DNA of 64,000 nucleotides from an uncultured bacterium. GTDB lineage: Bacteria > Zixibacteria > MSB-5A5 > CAIYYT01. Positions 1 through 10,804 of the stretch are shown piece by piece; positions within the stretch are counted from its first letter, which is position 1, and each line of letters opens with the position of its first letter. Below the pieces are notes generated by a model. That model searched no databases, was not told the DNA's origin, and was given only the letters and a program-made list of their open reading frames with translations. The position numbers were made by a program, and so were the translations under genes. The stretch is taken from the NCBI GenBank assembly GCA_963726455.1, contig CAVSCK010000001.1, positions 62,004 through 126,003 on the forward strand, given 5' to 3'.

Positions 1-2322
1 CATGCGGTGGTGTCCCTGCAAGTGCGTTTGGCCAAGTCTCTCAAACTACTGGAGGAAAAGGGCGGCGAGAATCAGATCATCGCCACTTTCATCACGCGCA
101 AGGGTATCACGGTTGTCAATTCCATCGAGGACATCCACAAGATCGGCGTCGCCGTGCGCGTCATTTCCAAAGTCAAAATTCCCAACAACACCGTTCAGCT
201 AGTCCTGCAAGGCATCAGGAGAATCCAGGTCGAACGACTGCTAGCGATGGAGCCATATATCATGGCACACTGCGAATGCCTTCCTGAAACAGGGACCGTG
301 GCCGACAAAGCCCTTGCCGACAAACTCGAAAAAGCGCTCACGCTGTTCGAGCAGGTAGCTCAACTTGACAATCGTTACCCGGCGGAGATGGTACAAGTGA
401 TGAAAGTCAACGCCGAAGACTATGACCGCTTTGCCGACCTACTGGCCAGCTATCTCAACTTCGGCCTCGGCGAAAAGCAGTACCTGGTGGCTGCCACCGA
501 CCTCGCCGACCGCTACGACCGCCTTATCAAGCTAATGACCGCCGAAATCCAGAAACTGCATGTCTCTGCCGAGGTGGAAAAACAGGTACGGATCGACGTC
601 GACAAGAGCCAGCGCCAGTTCTATCTCAGGCAGCAAATGGATGCCATCAAGAAGGCGCTGGGCGAGGAGGAGGGCACCGGCGCGGAACTGGCCGAGGTGC
701 GCGAGAAGATCAAACAGGCCGAGCTGCCGGCGCCGGCACAGATTGCCGTAGATCGAGAGTTGGAACGGCTACAAAATATGTCTTCTATGTCCGCCGAATA
801 TAATGTGGTGCGAACCTACCTTGACTGGATCATTGACCTGCCCTGGAGCCGATCTTCGTCCGACAATCTTGACATAAAGGCGGCCCGTGAAATTCTTGAG
901 GCCGACCATTATGGATTGGAGAAGGTGAAGGAGAGAATTCTGGAGTTCTTGGCCACCCGACACCGTAAGGAGAATCCTCACGGTCCGATACTCTGTTTCT
1001 CCGGCCCTCCCGGGGTTGGCAAAACCTCACTTGGGAGGTCTATAGCTCGCGCTTTGGCCAGGAAGTTCGTCCGCATTTCGGTAGGTGGGATGCGCGATGA
1101 AGCCGAAATCCGTGGCCACAGAAGGACTTACGTCGGAGCCATGCCCGGCAAGATCGTCCAGGAGATTCGCAATTGCGGGTTCAATAACCCGCTCTTTATG
1201 ATTGATGAGATCGACAAGATGGGGTCCGATTTCCGTGGCGATCCGTCCTCGGCGATGCTGGAAGTGCTCGATCCGGAGCAGAACTTCTCATTCCACGACC
1301 TCTATCTCGATCTGCCGTTTGACCTGAGCAAGGTCTTCTTTATTGCTACAGCCAACATGGTTGACATGATCCCGCCGCCGCTGCGCGACCGAATGGAGGT
1401 CATTGAGATATCGGGCTACACGCTCATGGAGAAGGTCAAGATCGCACAGAAGTACCTGATCCAGAGACAGATTGAGGCCACCGGACTGAAAGCCGAGGAA
1501 ATCACATTTACCGAGGGAGCGCTCTCGAAGATCATCTCCGGCTATACCTATGAGGCCGGAGTTCGGAATCTGGAAAGAAACATCAGCTCCATCTGCCGAA
1601 AGGTAATGGTGCGGATTCTTGACAGCAAAACCACGTCGGCCAAGATCACCGAGAACGAAGTCGAACAGCTTCTGGGGCCGCCGCAGGTCATTCCTGAGGT
1701 CGCTAATCGCTCTCCAGAAGTCGGTATTGTCACCGGCTTGGCATGGACTCCGGCCGGAGGCGATCTCCTGTTTATCGAGACCACTAAGATGAAGGGTAGC
1801 GGCAAAGTCATGGTCACCGGTCAACTGGGCTCGGTGATGGAAGAGTCGGTGGAAGCGGCCTATTCGTACGTTCGCTCGAGGGCCGACCAGTTGGGAATTG
1901 ATCCTGAAGTATTCGAGCAAGTTGATGTTCACATTCACTTCCCGGAGGGGGCGACTCCAAAAGACGGGCCGTCGGCAGGAGTTGCAGTGACCGTGGCGCT
2001 GATCTCGCTCTTTACTGGACAGCCGGTATTTCCCGATTTGGCGATGACCGGCGAGGTGACATTGCAGGGAAGAGTCCTGCCGATCGGCGGCTTGAAGGAA
2101 AAAAGCTTGGCTGCCTACCGCGGGGGAATCAAGAGAGTGGCGTTTCCAGCGGCCAATGTTAAGGACTTGATTGAGATTCCGGCGGAAGTGAAATCAGCCC
2201 TGGAAATGATCCCGATAAAGACTGTTGATGATGTCCTGCAATTAGCACTAGCGCATATCATCGTGCCTTCCGGGGACGTCATCAGTGAAATCGAGAACCT
2301 TACCAACAAGACCGGCCAATAG
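1..2322 (+). CDS. lon: ATP-dependent Lon protease (5' end lies outside the window)
   Basis: Walker A GPPGVGKT, IRGHRRTYVGAMPG, catalytic PKDGPSAG (Ser) and GGLKEK (Lys); frame open from base 1. Confidence 0.97.
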   Translation, partial: HAVVSLQVRLAKSLKLLEEKGGENQIIATFITRKGITVVNSIEDIHKIGVAVRVISKVKIPNNTVQLVLQGIRRIQVERLLAMEPYIMAHCECLPETGTVADKALADKLEKALTLFEQVAQLDNRYPAEMVQVMKVNAEDYDRFADLLASYLNFGLGEKQYLVAATDLADRYDRLIKLMTAEIQKLHVSAEVEKQVRIDVDKSQRQFYLRQQMDAIKKALGEEEGTGAELAEVREKIKQAELPAPAQIAVDRELERLQNMSSMSAEYNVVRTYLDWIIDLPWSRSSSDNLDIKAAREILEADHYGLEKVKERILEFLATRHRKENPHGPILCFSGPPGVGKTSLGRSIARALARKFVRISVGGMRDEAEIRGHRRTYVGAMPGKIVQEIRNCGFNNPLFMIDEIDKMGSDFRGDPSSAMLEVLDPEQNFSFHDLYLDLPFDLSKVFFIATANMVDMIPPPLRDRMEVIEISGYTLMEKVKIAQKYLIQRQIEATGLKAEEITFTEGALSKIISGYTYEAGVRNLERNISSICRKVMVRILDSKTTSAKITENEVEQLLGPPQVIPEVANRSPEVGIVTGLAWTPAGGDLLFIETTKMKGSGKVMVTGQLGSVMEESVEAAYSYVRSRADQLGIDPEVFEQVDVHIHFPEGATPKDGPSAGVAVTVALISLFTGQPVFPDLAMTGEVTLQGRVLPIGGLKEKSLAAYRGGIKRVAFPAANVKDLIEIPAEVKSALEMIPIKTVDDVLQLALAHIIVPSGDVISEIENLTNKTGQ

Positions 2323-2339
2323 ATAATATCCATGCAGGG

Positions 2340-2362
2340 TCCGAAGCCACGCGGGCTTCGGA
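2340..2362. terminator. Hairpin between convergent genes, probable terminator
   Basis: tccgaagcc-acgcg-ggcttcgga, perfect 9-bp stem 17 nt after the lon stop; weak U-tract. Confidence 0.5.
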
Positions 2363-2434
2363 TTCCGTGCTTGTATCTCTTGTCTGTAATCAGATCCGAC
2401 TTGGTGGCGTTTGGAGGGGGCGGATTATTCGCGT

Positions 2435-2758
2435 CTAGTCTGTGCCCAGCGCTTTGAACTCGCCGGTTTCCTCGATCACAACCGGGTAGCCATCAACCTG
2501 CGAGGGGATCTTCTTTTCAAGTTCAGCCGTCTTTTTCGCAACGAATACCTTGATGCAGGGCTTACCGTCGCGTTCGCCGATGCCTGTGCCGACGACGCCG
2601 GGAAGCGCCATCCATTCACCTGTATGCTGGTCGAGAACTTGCTGTATAGTCTGCTTTGGCATGCTTGCTTCTCCGGTCTTCTGTTTGTCGCCGCTGCAAC
2701 TCGTGAGAGTGAATATAGCGAACGCCAATATTAACGTGAATGCAAATCGCAACTTCAT
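2435..2758 (-). CDS. Small lipoprotein consisting only of a Nal1-type protease pro/N-terminal domain
   Basis: Signal peptide with lipobox LTSC; GVVGTGIG..GKPCIKVFV..IPSQVDGYPVVIEETGEF aligns with the N-terminal domain of the neighbouring protease; ATG at 2758. Confidence 0.8.
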   Translation of the reverse strand: MKLRFAFTLILAFAIFTLTSCSGDKQKTGEASMPKQTIQQVLDQHTGEWMALPGVVGTGIGERDGKPCIKVFVAKKTAELEKKIPSQVDGYPVVIEETGEFKALGTD

Positions 2759-2836
2759 CTCGATTCCGTGCTCCAATACGTTGGGCGGAAGCACCTATTG
2801 CCTCCGCCCAAAGACGTCTAATATCTCAAGTCGCGC

Positions 2837-3865
2837 CTAGTTCGCGCAAATAGTGGCGTTGAAGCGCTGCAATATCGGACCGATGGGGCTAACGATTGCC
2901 GAGCCGGTATTGGTGCCTGCAAACAGCAGGGCAACCGGATTATTGCCGGAAGATGTGACGACTAACGAACCCGAGTCACCTGACTTGCAGAAGTTGTTGG
3001 AGGTCATGATCTGACCGACAAAGCGAGCGGTACCGTAGGTGTACCCCACGTTGACGGTGACATTGATGGCTGTCACAGTGCCGGTGGTCTGCGACGTCGT
3101 CCGACCGACTTTCTTGATTGCCTGGCCTACAAAGGCGGCGACAGTCGTCGAGCTGGGGAAGCCGTAGTAGTTGGACGGAGTCGAGCAGGTATTGGTGACA
3201 CCGCTAACATATTGTGCAATGGCGGCATCCATGGTGTTATTGGCATTGGTGCTGAAAGTGATCGATTGGAAATCCGACAGGTTGGCAACCAGGTCGGTTG
3301 AGACCTTGTTCGCACAGCGCCTATTTTCATAACGTCCCGGCTGAACAATCGGTTCGCCGATCGCCGCGTAGTTTTGTCTGGCCAATACGTGATTATTGCT
3401 CAGGATATACTTCTGGCCACCTTTGAACACCACGCAACCGATGGTTCCTGCTGCGCATTCATTGTTGTTGCCGACAGAAACGCCGATCGGAACCGGGCGA
3501 TAACGTCCCGTCAAAGCCATGGCGACGAATTCGCCGGTTTCTTCGACTTCGACTGGTACGCCTTCGAGAGTAGCTGGGATGGCGTTGACGCCGGCTTTCT
3601 TGGTGAACACTTTGACGACCGGTTTGCCGTTAACGTCGACACCGGTGCCGGTGCCTACGACGCCGTCAATAGCCAGTAGCTCGTCCGTGTGTCTGTCCTG
3701 AACAGCTACGACCGGAGCGAGTTTCTCCATTGTAGGAGCGCCAAACTCAGTGACGGCGGTTGGCTTGGCAGTCTCATTTGTACATCCGTTCCAGATTACG
3801 GCGGTGCTTAGCGTCAGCAGAAATAGCGCTGCCAATGCCAGGGATAGGAAACGGTATCTCTTCAT
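2837..3865 (-). CDS. Exported trypsin-like (Nal1-like, clan PA) serine protease, probable lipoprotein
   Basis: Triad motifs LSNNHVL, MDAAIA, SGDSGS; signal peptide ending WNGC; GGAGG RBS. Confidence 0.88.
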   Translation of the reverse strand: MKRYRFLSLALAALFLLTLSTAVIWNGCTNETAKPTAVTEFGAPTMEKLAPVVAVQDRHTDELLAIDGVVGTGTGVDVNGKPVVKVFTKKAGVNAIPATLEGVPVEVEETGEFVAMALTGRYRPVPIGVSVGNNNECAAGTIGCVVFKGGQKYILSNNHVLARQNYAAIGEPIVQPGRYENRRCANKVSTDLVANLSDFQSITFSTNANNTMDAAIAQYVSGVTNTCSTPSNYYGFPSSTTVAAFVGQAIKKVGRTTSQTTGTVTAINVTVNVGYTYGTARFVGQIMTSNNFCKSGDSGSLVVTSSGNNPVALLFAGTNTGSAIVSPIGPILQRFNATICAN

Positions 3866-4448
3866 CTTAGTGGTCCTCCAGACCGTTACGGTTTATCTTT
3901 CTACTCGCCGCGCGCAAGTTCGAGTTCGTGAGGCAGAACTGCGTCGGCAAGATGTGCCACTTCACCTCAAGAGTGGCAAGCGTTCCGAAAATCGGTTACC
4001 AACAATCCCTCGGTGTTTCACCTCCTTTCGCCAGATTGCCTTCGCAAATGGCACCTATATCGGGACGACGCCGCCACGTATGACGACATCTAAAATTCAG
4101 CGTACTGACATCAATACGACGCAACGCTCTTATCGAACTCTGCGAATCGACAGTTCCTACATACCCGTACGAAGCTCTATAATGGGACTCTTTAGCTCCA
4201 AGATATGAATTGACCGGCGTTTGTCAACCAGAAACTGGACTGACTTTCCCACAACATGGTGCTGCGTATCGAATTGTGGAACTGCGATCTCTCGATTTCG
4301 TTAAAAGACAATTGATGGGCGCGCGACCGTCGTTGGACGGCATTATGGGTTGCTCGAGCGCACAAAATGGTATAACTTATCACGATCGCGGCCGGCGTTT
4401 TGTGCAGGCCGCCAGGTCATTTAAAGAGACGATTATGGAGGTTAGATA

Positions 4449-5291
4449 ATGAACACTATGAAAACGACATTCCTGATGGCCTTGCTGATGGTGCTGGCAG
4501 TCTTTATCGGCTACGCAATCGGCGGCAATGGAGGCATGATGATCGCCTTCGTTTTTGCACTGGGAATGAACGTGTTCAGCTATTGGTTTTCGGACAAGAT
4601 CGTGCTCAAGATGTATGGGGCACAGGAAATCACCGAGACCGATTCGCCCAGACTTTTCGCAGTGGTTCGCGATTTGAGCCAGCGGGCTTCGATACCGATG
4701 CCGCGCGTATATATGATTCCGACCGACACGCCCAACGCATTCGCGACCGGTCGCAATCCGCAGCATGCCGCGGTCGCCGTTACTCGGGGGATCATGAACA
4801 TTCTCACCGAAAATGAACTGCGCGGTGTTTTGGGGCACGAGCTGGCTCATGTTAAGCACAGAGATATTTTGATCGGCACCATCGCGGCCGTGTTCGCCGG
4901 CGCGATTTCCATGCTGGCTCACATGGCGCAATGGGCGGCGATATTCGGTGGCGGTCGCTCGGATGATGATCGCGGCGGTGGCGGACTGGGGCTCTTGGTG
5001 ATGGCGATAATTGCACCGATTGCGGCGCTTTTGATACAAATGGCAATTTCCCGTTCGCGTGAATATCTGGCGGACGAGAGCGGCGCGCGCTTCCACGGTA
5101 ATCCCCGCGATTTGGCGTCGGCACTGGCAAAATTGCAGCGTGGTGCAGCAGCGATTCCGATGCAGGCCAGCCCTGCGACGGCGCATATGTTCATTGTCAA
5201 CCCGCTTAGCGGGCGCGGCCTAATGACCTTGTTCAGCACGCATCCGCCGATGGAGGAACGCATCAAGCGCCTCGAAGCGATGCGGATGTAA
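4449..5291 (+). CDS. htpX: Zinc metalloprotease HtpX (M48)
   Basis: [15 protein letters not shown] zinc motif, [15 protein letters not shown]; GGAGG RBS. Confidence 0.97.
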   Translation: MNTMKTTFLMALLMVLAVFIGYAIGGNGGMMIAFVFALGMNVFSYWFSDKIVLKMYGAQEITETDSPRLFAVVRDLSQRASIPMPRVYMIPTDTPNAFATGRNPQHAAVAVTRGIMNILTENELRGVLGHELAHVKHRDILIGTIAAVFAGAISMLAHMAQWAAIFGGGRSDDDRGGGGLGLLVMAIIAPIAALLIQMAISRSREYLADESGARFHGNPRDLASALAKLQRGAAAIPMQASPATAHMFIVNPLSGRGLMTLFSTHPPMEERIKRLEAMRM

Positions 5292-5345
5292 TACGCCGAT
5301 GCCACAGCTTTACGAAATCTACGCTTGGGGCAATTTGGAGATATA

Positions 5346-7484
5346 ATGGTTAAGCCAGCAACGTTCAAGACAGCTCTCCTCACTCTTGTTCTGCTTCTTC
5401 TCGGCGTCGCAGTAGGACAGACCCCCGCAAAGGAAGATCAGCTTCCGCCTCCGGTGGCAACGAAAATACCAAAGGCGGACACGACATTGGGAGACGTCCG
5501 CATTGACAATTACTTCTGGCTGCGCGACAAGAACGATCCGGACGTGATCAACTATCTGGAAGAAGAAAACGATTACACCGATTCGATTATGAAACCGACG
5601 GTTCCGGTGCAGGATAGTCTGTTCAAGGAATTCCTGTCGCGGATCAAGGAGACTGATCTGTCGGTGCCCGAGAAGATCGACGACTACTATTACTACTACC
5701 GCACTGAACAGGGGAAACAGTACCGCGTCGAGTGCCGCAAGAAAGGGAGTCTGGACGCGCCTGAAGAAGTGATTTTGGATCAGAATGAACTGGCCAAGGT
5801 GCACGGCTATTTCGATCTGGGCGGCTTCCAAGTCAGTCCCGACCAGCAACTGCTGGCCTATGCAGTGGACACGAATGGATCGGAAATCTACTCGGTCTAC
5901 TTCAAGGATTTGCGCACCGGCCAACCGCTTCCCGATACGATCTCCAATACCGGCGCCAGTATCGTCTGGGCCAACGACAACAAGACGATCTTTTACGACA
6001 TCCTCGACGAAACCTTGCGACCCTATGAGATCAAGCGTCACACGCTGGGAGATAATCCAAAGACCGACGCGATAGCATTTGAGGAACCGGACAAGTCGTA
6101 TTTCATCGACATCGAAAAGAGCAAGAGCAAGGCCTATATCTTTATAGGCGCCGGCAGCAAGACGACGACCGAGTATCGATATTTGGATGCCAACACTCCG
6201 CTGGCAGAGTTCAAAGTAATCGCGCCGCGGCAGCACGGGATTGAATACGGCGTGACCCACCATGACAACCGCTTCTTCATTCTCACCAACGAGAATGCCA
6301 CGAATTTCAAATTGATGGAAGCTCCAGTGGCCGATCCTTCCCGCAAGAACTGGAAGGAATTGATGCCTTATCGCCCTGACGTCATGCTGTCGTCATGCGA
6401 GGCCTTCCGCGATTATCTGGTATTGCTTGAGCGCAAGGACGGATCGCAGCAAATTGAGATCCGCAACTTCAAAGACAACACGAGTTATTACGTGGACTGG
6501 ACGGAGCCGGTTTATTCGTATTCTGTATCGAGAAATCCCGAGTACAATACCGATCTGCTGCGATTCACGTACACGTCGCTCGTCACTCAGCGCTCGGTCT
6601 ATGACTACAACATGACGACGAAAGCGCGCACGCTTTTGAAGCAGGACGAAGTTCTGGGTGGATATGATCCCACGTTGTATCAATCGCAGAAGCTCTTTGC
6701 TACGGCGAGTGACGGTGTCAAGATACCGATCTCTTTGGTCTACAAGAAAGCGCTGCTGAAGAAAGACGGATCGAATCCGATGTACCTGTATGGCTATGGC
6801 TCCTATGGCGACCCGATGGATCCCTGGTTTAGCTCAGCTCGATTGAGTTTGCTGGACCGTGGATTTGTATTTGCGATACCTCATATCCGTGGTGGAGGTG
6901 AGATGGGACGGCAGTGGTATGATAATGGCAAGATGCTTACCAAGAAGAATACATTCACGGATTTTATCGCTTGCGCCGAATATCTGATCGCAGAGAAGTA
7001 CACCGGCAAGGACAGACTGGTCATTTCCGGCGGCAGTGCCGGTGGACTGTTGGTAGGCGCCGTGGCGATGATGCGGCCCGATCTGATGAAGGTTGTGATC
7101 GCGGACGTGCCGTTTGTCGACGTGCTCAACACGATGCTCGACCCGACTATTCCGTTGACCGTTACCGAGTATGAGGAATGGGGCAATCCGCATGAGAAGC
7201 CATATTACGACTATATCAAATCGTATGCGCCGTACGAGAATGTGACGAAGCGCGATTATCCCAATATCCTGATTACCGGAAGTTTGAACGATCCGCGCGT
7301 TGCGTACTGGGAACCGGCGAAATGGTGCGCCAAGCTACGCTCGAACAAGACCGACCAGAATTTGCTCTTGATGAAGATAAATATGGACGCAGGTCATGGC
7401 GGATCATCCGGTCGCTATGAGCGATTGAAGGAACTGGCGCTGGAGTATGCGTTCATCTTCAAGGTTCTGGGAATAAGCTCATAG
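5346..7484 (+). CDS. ptrB: Oligopeptidase B (S9A) with N-terminal signal peptide
   Basis: DNYFWLRD, YGYGSYG, RGGGEMG, GGSAGG nucleophile, DPRV, AGHGG; start placed at ATG 5346 after GGAG. Confidence 0.93.
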   Translation: MVKPATFKTALLTLVLLLLGVAVGQTPAKEDQLPPPVATKIPKADTTLGDVRIDNYFWLRDKNDPDVINYLEEENDYTDSIMKPTVPVQDSLFKEFLSRIKETDLSVPEKIDDYYYYYRTEQGKQYRVECRKKGSLDAPEEVILDQNELAKVHGYFDLGGFQVSPDQQLLAYAVDTNGSEIYSVYFKDLRTGQPLPDTISNTGASIVWANDNKTIFYDILDETLRPYEIKRHTLGDNPKTDAIAFEEPDKSYFIDIEKSKSKAYIFIGAGSKTTTEYRYLDANTPLAEFKVIAPRQHGIEYGVTHHDNRFFILTNENATNFKLMEAPVADPSRKNWKELMPYRPDVMLSSCEAFRDYLVLLERKDGSQQIEIRNFKDNTSYYVDWTEPVYSYSVSRNPEYNTDLLRFTYTSLVTQRSVYDYNMTTKARTLLKQDEVLGGYDPTLYQSQKLFATASDGVKIPISLVYKKALLKKDGSNPMYLYGYGSYGDPMDPWFSSARLSLLDRGFVFAIPHIRGGGEMGRQWYDNGKMLTKKNTFTDFIACAEYLIAEKYTGKDRLVISGGSAGGLLVGAVAMMRPDLMKVVIADVPFVDVLNTMLDPTIPLTVTEYEEWGNPHEKPYYDYIKSYAPYENVTKRDYPNILITGSLNDPRVAYWEPAKWCAKLRSNKTDQNLLLMKINMDAGHGGSSGRYERLKELALEYAFIFKVLGISS

Positions 7485-7544
7485 CCCTGGTGGATTAGCA
7501 GCTTTTGCAGACAATGCCCCGCGCGGGCGGGAAAGGGACGTTAT

Positions 7545-7808
7545 GTGATATTAGCTCTATCGATTCTGTCTTTGGCGGCGATGCTGACTTCTTTTGTTCT
7601 CATGATGAGAGCAATGTGGTTGCGGACGCCCGACGCGCCGAGTGTAAACAGTTCCAGTCCCAAGGACTGGTTCGTTCCGGTCTGGAAGCAGAGGCAATGG
7701 TATACCGGAGCGGGCTTCCGTCTGATGGTGTTGGCGCAGATTCTGCTGTCAGTGAGCTGCATTGTTCAACTCATCATCACCGCAACTGGAGCGATGAGTA
7801 CGAAGTAA
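7545..7808 (+). CDS. Small two-TM hypothetical membrane protein
   Basis: 87-aa ORF with two hydrophobic segments filling the gap between ptrB and the TolC gene. Confidence 0.45.
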   Translation: MILALSILSLAAMLTSFVLMMRAMWLRTPDAPSVNSSSPKDWFVPVWKQRQWYTGAGFRLMVLAQILLSVSCIVQLIITATGAMSTK

Positions 7809-7832
7809 GGGCTGCCGTGCTTCACGTGGAGA

Positions 7833-9140
7833 CTAGTTGCGCGTTTCCGGAAAGTAACCCAGAGTCTTCTTGAGTTCAAGCTGCGTCATCAAGAGCGAAT
7901 AACGATCCTGCAACGCCTGTGTCTCGATGGCTTCCACTTCCAGCTCGGCGTCCAGATAATCAGTGTTGGAAATCAATCCAGCGCCATACGAGACCGACGC
8001 GATATCGAGCACCTTCCGAGCGAGGACCAGCTTGTCGGAAGTGATTCGGGCCTTGGCATCCATCTTGCGCAGTTCCTGAAACATTATTTCCATTTGCCGT
8101 CGTGTTTCGCTGGCAATGCGATCGATGTCAAGTTGGTAGCTCTTCTGCCGTTCAACTTCTTCCTGCTGCCGGTGTCTGGAATAGCCGCCGTCGAAGAATG
8201 GGTATGACAGTGTCAAACCACCGACAAAGTTGAATTGCATCTTGTCCGGCTCGGGCATGAAGTTGTTCTTCCACCCGGCGGAACTCACGGCGGTCAGCGT
8301 CGGGCGCAACTGCTCCGAAGCTCCTGACAGGCGCGACAGAGTCTGTTGCTTCTGCAGTGCAACCACTTCCGGTTTTTGCAGTATTAGCGAATCGAAACGA
8401 ACCGTCTGAGGTGGGTTGACCGATATCTGCAAAAGCGAATCACTCGGCTCGAAGAGTTGTACCGAATCTCCACCGCAGACCTCGGTCAGCGTCAGGAGCG
8501 CTTCTTTGAGATCGACGCGTGCGATCGAGAGTTGTTCCTGGTAGGTCTTGAGCTGGATTTCACTCTTGAGTAAATCAAACTGCGAGATCAATCCGTTGGC
8601 GTATTTTGTCTTGCCGTCGTCCAGGTGTTTCTGCGACAATTCCACATATCGCATGAGCAGGTTTACATTGTCTTGCTGCAAAGCGGCTGTGGCATAGGCG
8701 CGAATGGTCTGATACGTCACCTCATTCGCAGCGCCCGCAACGTTGACCTGGCTCAAGTCGCGGCCGACACGCGCTTGAGAGACGATCTTCGAGCGCCTGC
8801 CCCAGTCAAACAGCAGATAGCCGCCGGACAGATTCGCATCCAGCACATTGTGCGTCGCCGTTTTGATCTGAGGAGCGACGATCGGCGGCGGCAGCGTAAG
8901 ACTTATCTGCGGAATTCTGGACAGGTAGTTGTAGCTGCCGGTCAACTTGAATTGCGGCAGGTACGCTGACTTGGCCTGATCGACGCGCTGTTCGCTTTCC
9001 TGGACTCGGTTTCGCAACACCGTAAGCTGTTTGTTGTGCGACAATGCCCGGTGCAGCGCCTCGTCGAGCGACAAGGACTGGGAATAGGCACTGCCGGCCG
9101 AAACCAGCAGAATCGTAAGCAGGAGAAGCATTTGCCTCAT
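7833..9140 (-). CDS. TolC family outer membrane efflux protein
   Basis: Signal peptide, LSLDEAL start, two OEP repeats (YLPQF, LFDWG/FFDGG, Y.NGLIS..D). Confidence 0.88.
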   Translation of the reverse strand: MRQMLLLLTILLVSAGSAYSQSLSLDEALHRALSHNKQLTVLRNRVQESEQRVDQAKSAYLPQFKLTGSYNYLSRIPQISLTLPPPIVAPQIKTATHNVLDANLSGGYLLFDWGRRSKIVSQARVGRDLSQVNVAGAANEVTYQTIRAYATAALQQDNVNLLMRYVELSQKHLDDGKTKYANGLISQFDLLKSEIQLKTYQEQLSIARVDLKEALLTLTEVCGGDSVQLFEPSDSLLQISVNPPQTVRFDSLILQKPEVVALQKQQTLSRLSGASEQLRPTLTAVSSAGWKNNFMPEPDKMQFNFVGGLTLSYPFFDGGYSRHRQQEEVERQKSYQLDIDRIASETRRQMEIMFQELRKMDAKARITSDKLVLARKVLDIASVSYGAGLISNTDYLDAELEVEAIETQALQDRYSLLMTQLELKKTLGYFPETRN

Positions 9141-9304
9141 AGCGGGAAAATGGTGTGCTACTACCCGATTCGCAACATTTAAGAACAAAGAATACAAAAC
9201 TAAGTGCTTGAGAATTTCGTATACTTAACTGCCGAATGGTACGCGGGTTGTGGTTTGCCCCGTTTGCGGCTCTGAGCCAAAACCATATCGGAGGAGTTGG
9301 GTCT

Positions 9305-10804
9305 ATGTTGCGCAAGTTGGCTTTTGGAATCTTCCTGTTACTGACCGCGCTGTCAATTATTTTCGCGTTTCGTAGTGACAGGGATGTGACCACGAATTCG
9401 AGTGAGGCCTACAAACATTACCAGGCCGGCGTCGACCTGGCGGAGAAGCTCTACATGCGGCAGGCAGCCGCAGAATACGAGCAGGCGGTGGCGTTAGATT
9501 CGGGTTTCGCTGTGGCGGAAGCACAGCTAGCCAAGACTTACTATGGACTCGGATTCAAGCAGAAGAGCAAAGAACTCTGGGATCTTGCAATAGCTAACAA
9601 ACCGAAAGTATCTGAGCGGGAGCAGTTGCTGCTCGAAATGTGGAAGTCGGAGGATGGGGAAGGATTTAATCGGGTATTGGCCGACAGTCTGGCGGAGTTG
9701 TATATGGCCAAGTACCCAGACCATCGCGAGGGCTATGTCACTCTCTGCAATTCTGAATTTGGGCGCGAAAACTGGGAGCGTTGCATCGAACTCGACCAAA
9801 AGGCACTCAATATTGACCCCAATTACGCCAACGCTTACAACATGCTCGGATATCTTAACTACTATCTCGGCCGCTATGACGAAGCACTATCGCTGCTGGA
9901 AAAATACATTCAGTTATGTCCTAATCAGGCCAATCCACATGACTCGCGCGGGGAGATTCTGCTGGCGCTCGGCAAGTATGACGATGCACTCGCCGAATTT
10001 CGCGAGGCCTTCAATATTAATCCAGATCTCGATTTCCCGGTATTGCATATGGCCGGGACCTACGCTGCACTTGGACAGATCAAACAAGTTGATTATTGCT
10101 TTCACATTCTCGCAGGTCAGGCATCCAGCGAAGTTCTCAAGAACAGCTACCTGGCACAACAGGCAAGACTTTACGCCGAATGCAAGAAATATGACGACGC
10201 GATCCGGCTTTCCGATGAGGTAATTCGCCAGGACACCGACCCGGACAAGACCAATGCGCAATTCGGTGCGGCAGTCAAGGGATACATCGCTTACGTGCGC
10301 AGAGACCCGGAGGCGCTGAACAACGCCTGGTCCGAACGTCGCCGGTTTCTCAAGGAACTGATGGATAGAAGACCCGGCCTGGTACAGAAATCTTCCGAGG
10401 CACGCGCCAACGCTTATATGGATGCCACTTCAGCCGATCTCGCGGGAGACCTCTCGACTGCTTCGCGGTTGTTTGCTGAATGTGTCGACTCCACGAAGAG
10501 CCCCACTGACCTGATTGGAATGAGAACTCTGTACGCCGACGTTCTTTGGCGTATGGGGAGCGTCGACCAGGCCAGATCCGAGTTGCAGAAAAATCTGTCC
10601 ATCAATCCCAACCATCCGCGAACGCTCATAATACTGGCGAAAATAGATGACTCGCTCGGGAATAAGGATGCCGCTTTGGCGCTCCGCCAGCAAGTCCTCG
10701 GCGTTTGGAAAAACGCCGATTCCGATTTCCCGCCGCTGGTCGAACTACAGAGATCAGTGACTTCGCCTCTGGCGTCATCGTCCAAGAGCGTCGCGGTCAA
10801 GTAA
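9305..10804 (+). CDS. Membrane-anchored or exported tetratricopeptide repeat protein
   Basis: N-terminal hydrophobic segment, multiple TPRs (AYNMLG, ANPHDSRGE, AFNINPD); GGAGGAG RBS before ATG 9305. Confidence 0.85.
   Translation: MLRKLAFGIFLLLTALSIIFAFRSDRDVTTNSSEAYKHYQAGVDLAEKLYMRQAAAEYEQAVALDSGFAVAEAQLAKTYYGLGFKQKSKELWDLAIANKPKVSEREQLLLEMWKSEDGEGFNRVLADSLAELYMAKYPDHREGYVTLCNSEFGRENWERCIELDQKALNIDPNYANAYNMLGYLNYYLGRYDEALSLLEKYIQLCPNQANPHDSRGEILLALGKYDDALAEFREAFNINPDLDFPVLHMAGTYAALGQIKQVDYCFHILAGQASSEVLKNSYLAQQARLYAECKKYDDAIRLSDEVIRQDTDPDKTNAQFGAAVKGYIAYVRRDPEALNNAWSERRRFLKELMDRRPGLVQKSSEARANAYMDATSADLAGDLSTASRLFAECVDSTKSPTDLIGMRTLYADVLWRMGSVDQARSELQKNLSINPNHPRTLIILAKIDDSLGNKDAALALRQQVLGVWKNADSDFPPLVELQRSVTSPLASSSKSVAVK

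Noticed and set aside
3945-3959. Sigma54 promoter for the Nal1-like protease (TGGCAC..TTGC on the minus strand)
   Set aside because: GG-to-GC spacing is 8 nt rather than the required 10
3750-4449. ORFs in the protease-htpX intergenic region
   Set aside because: No motifs or convincing RBS, and 3750..4208 overlaps the divergent protease gene; treated as a divergent promoter region
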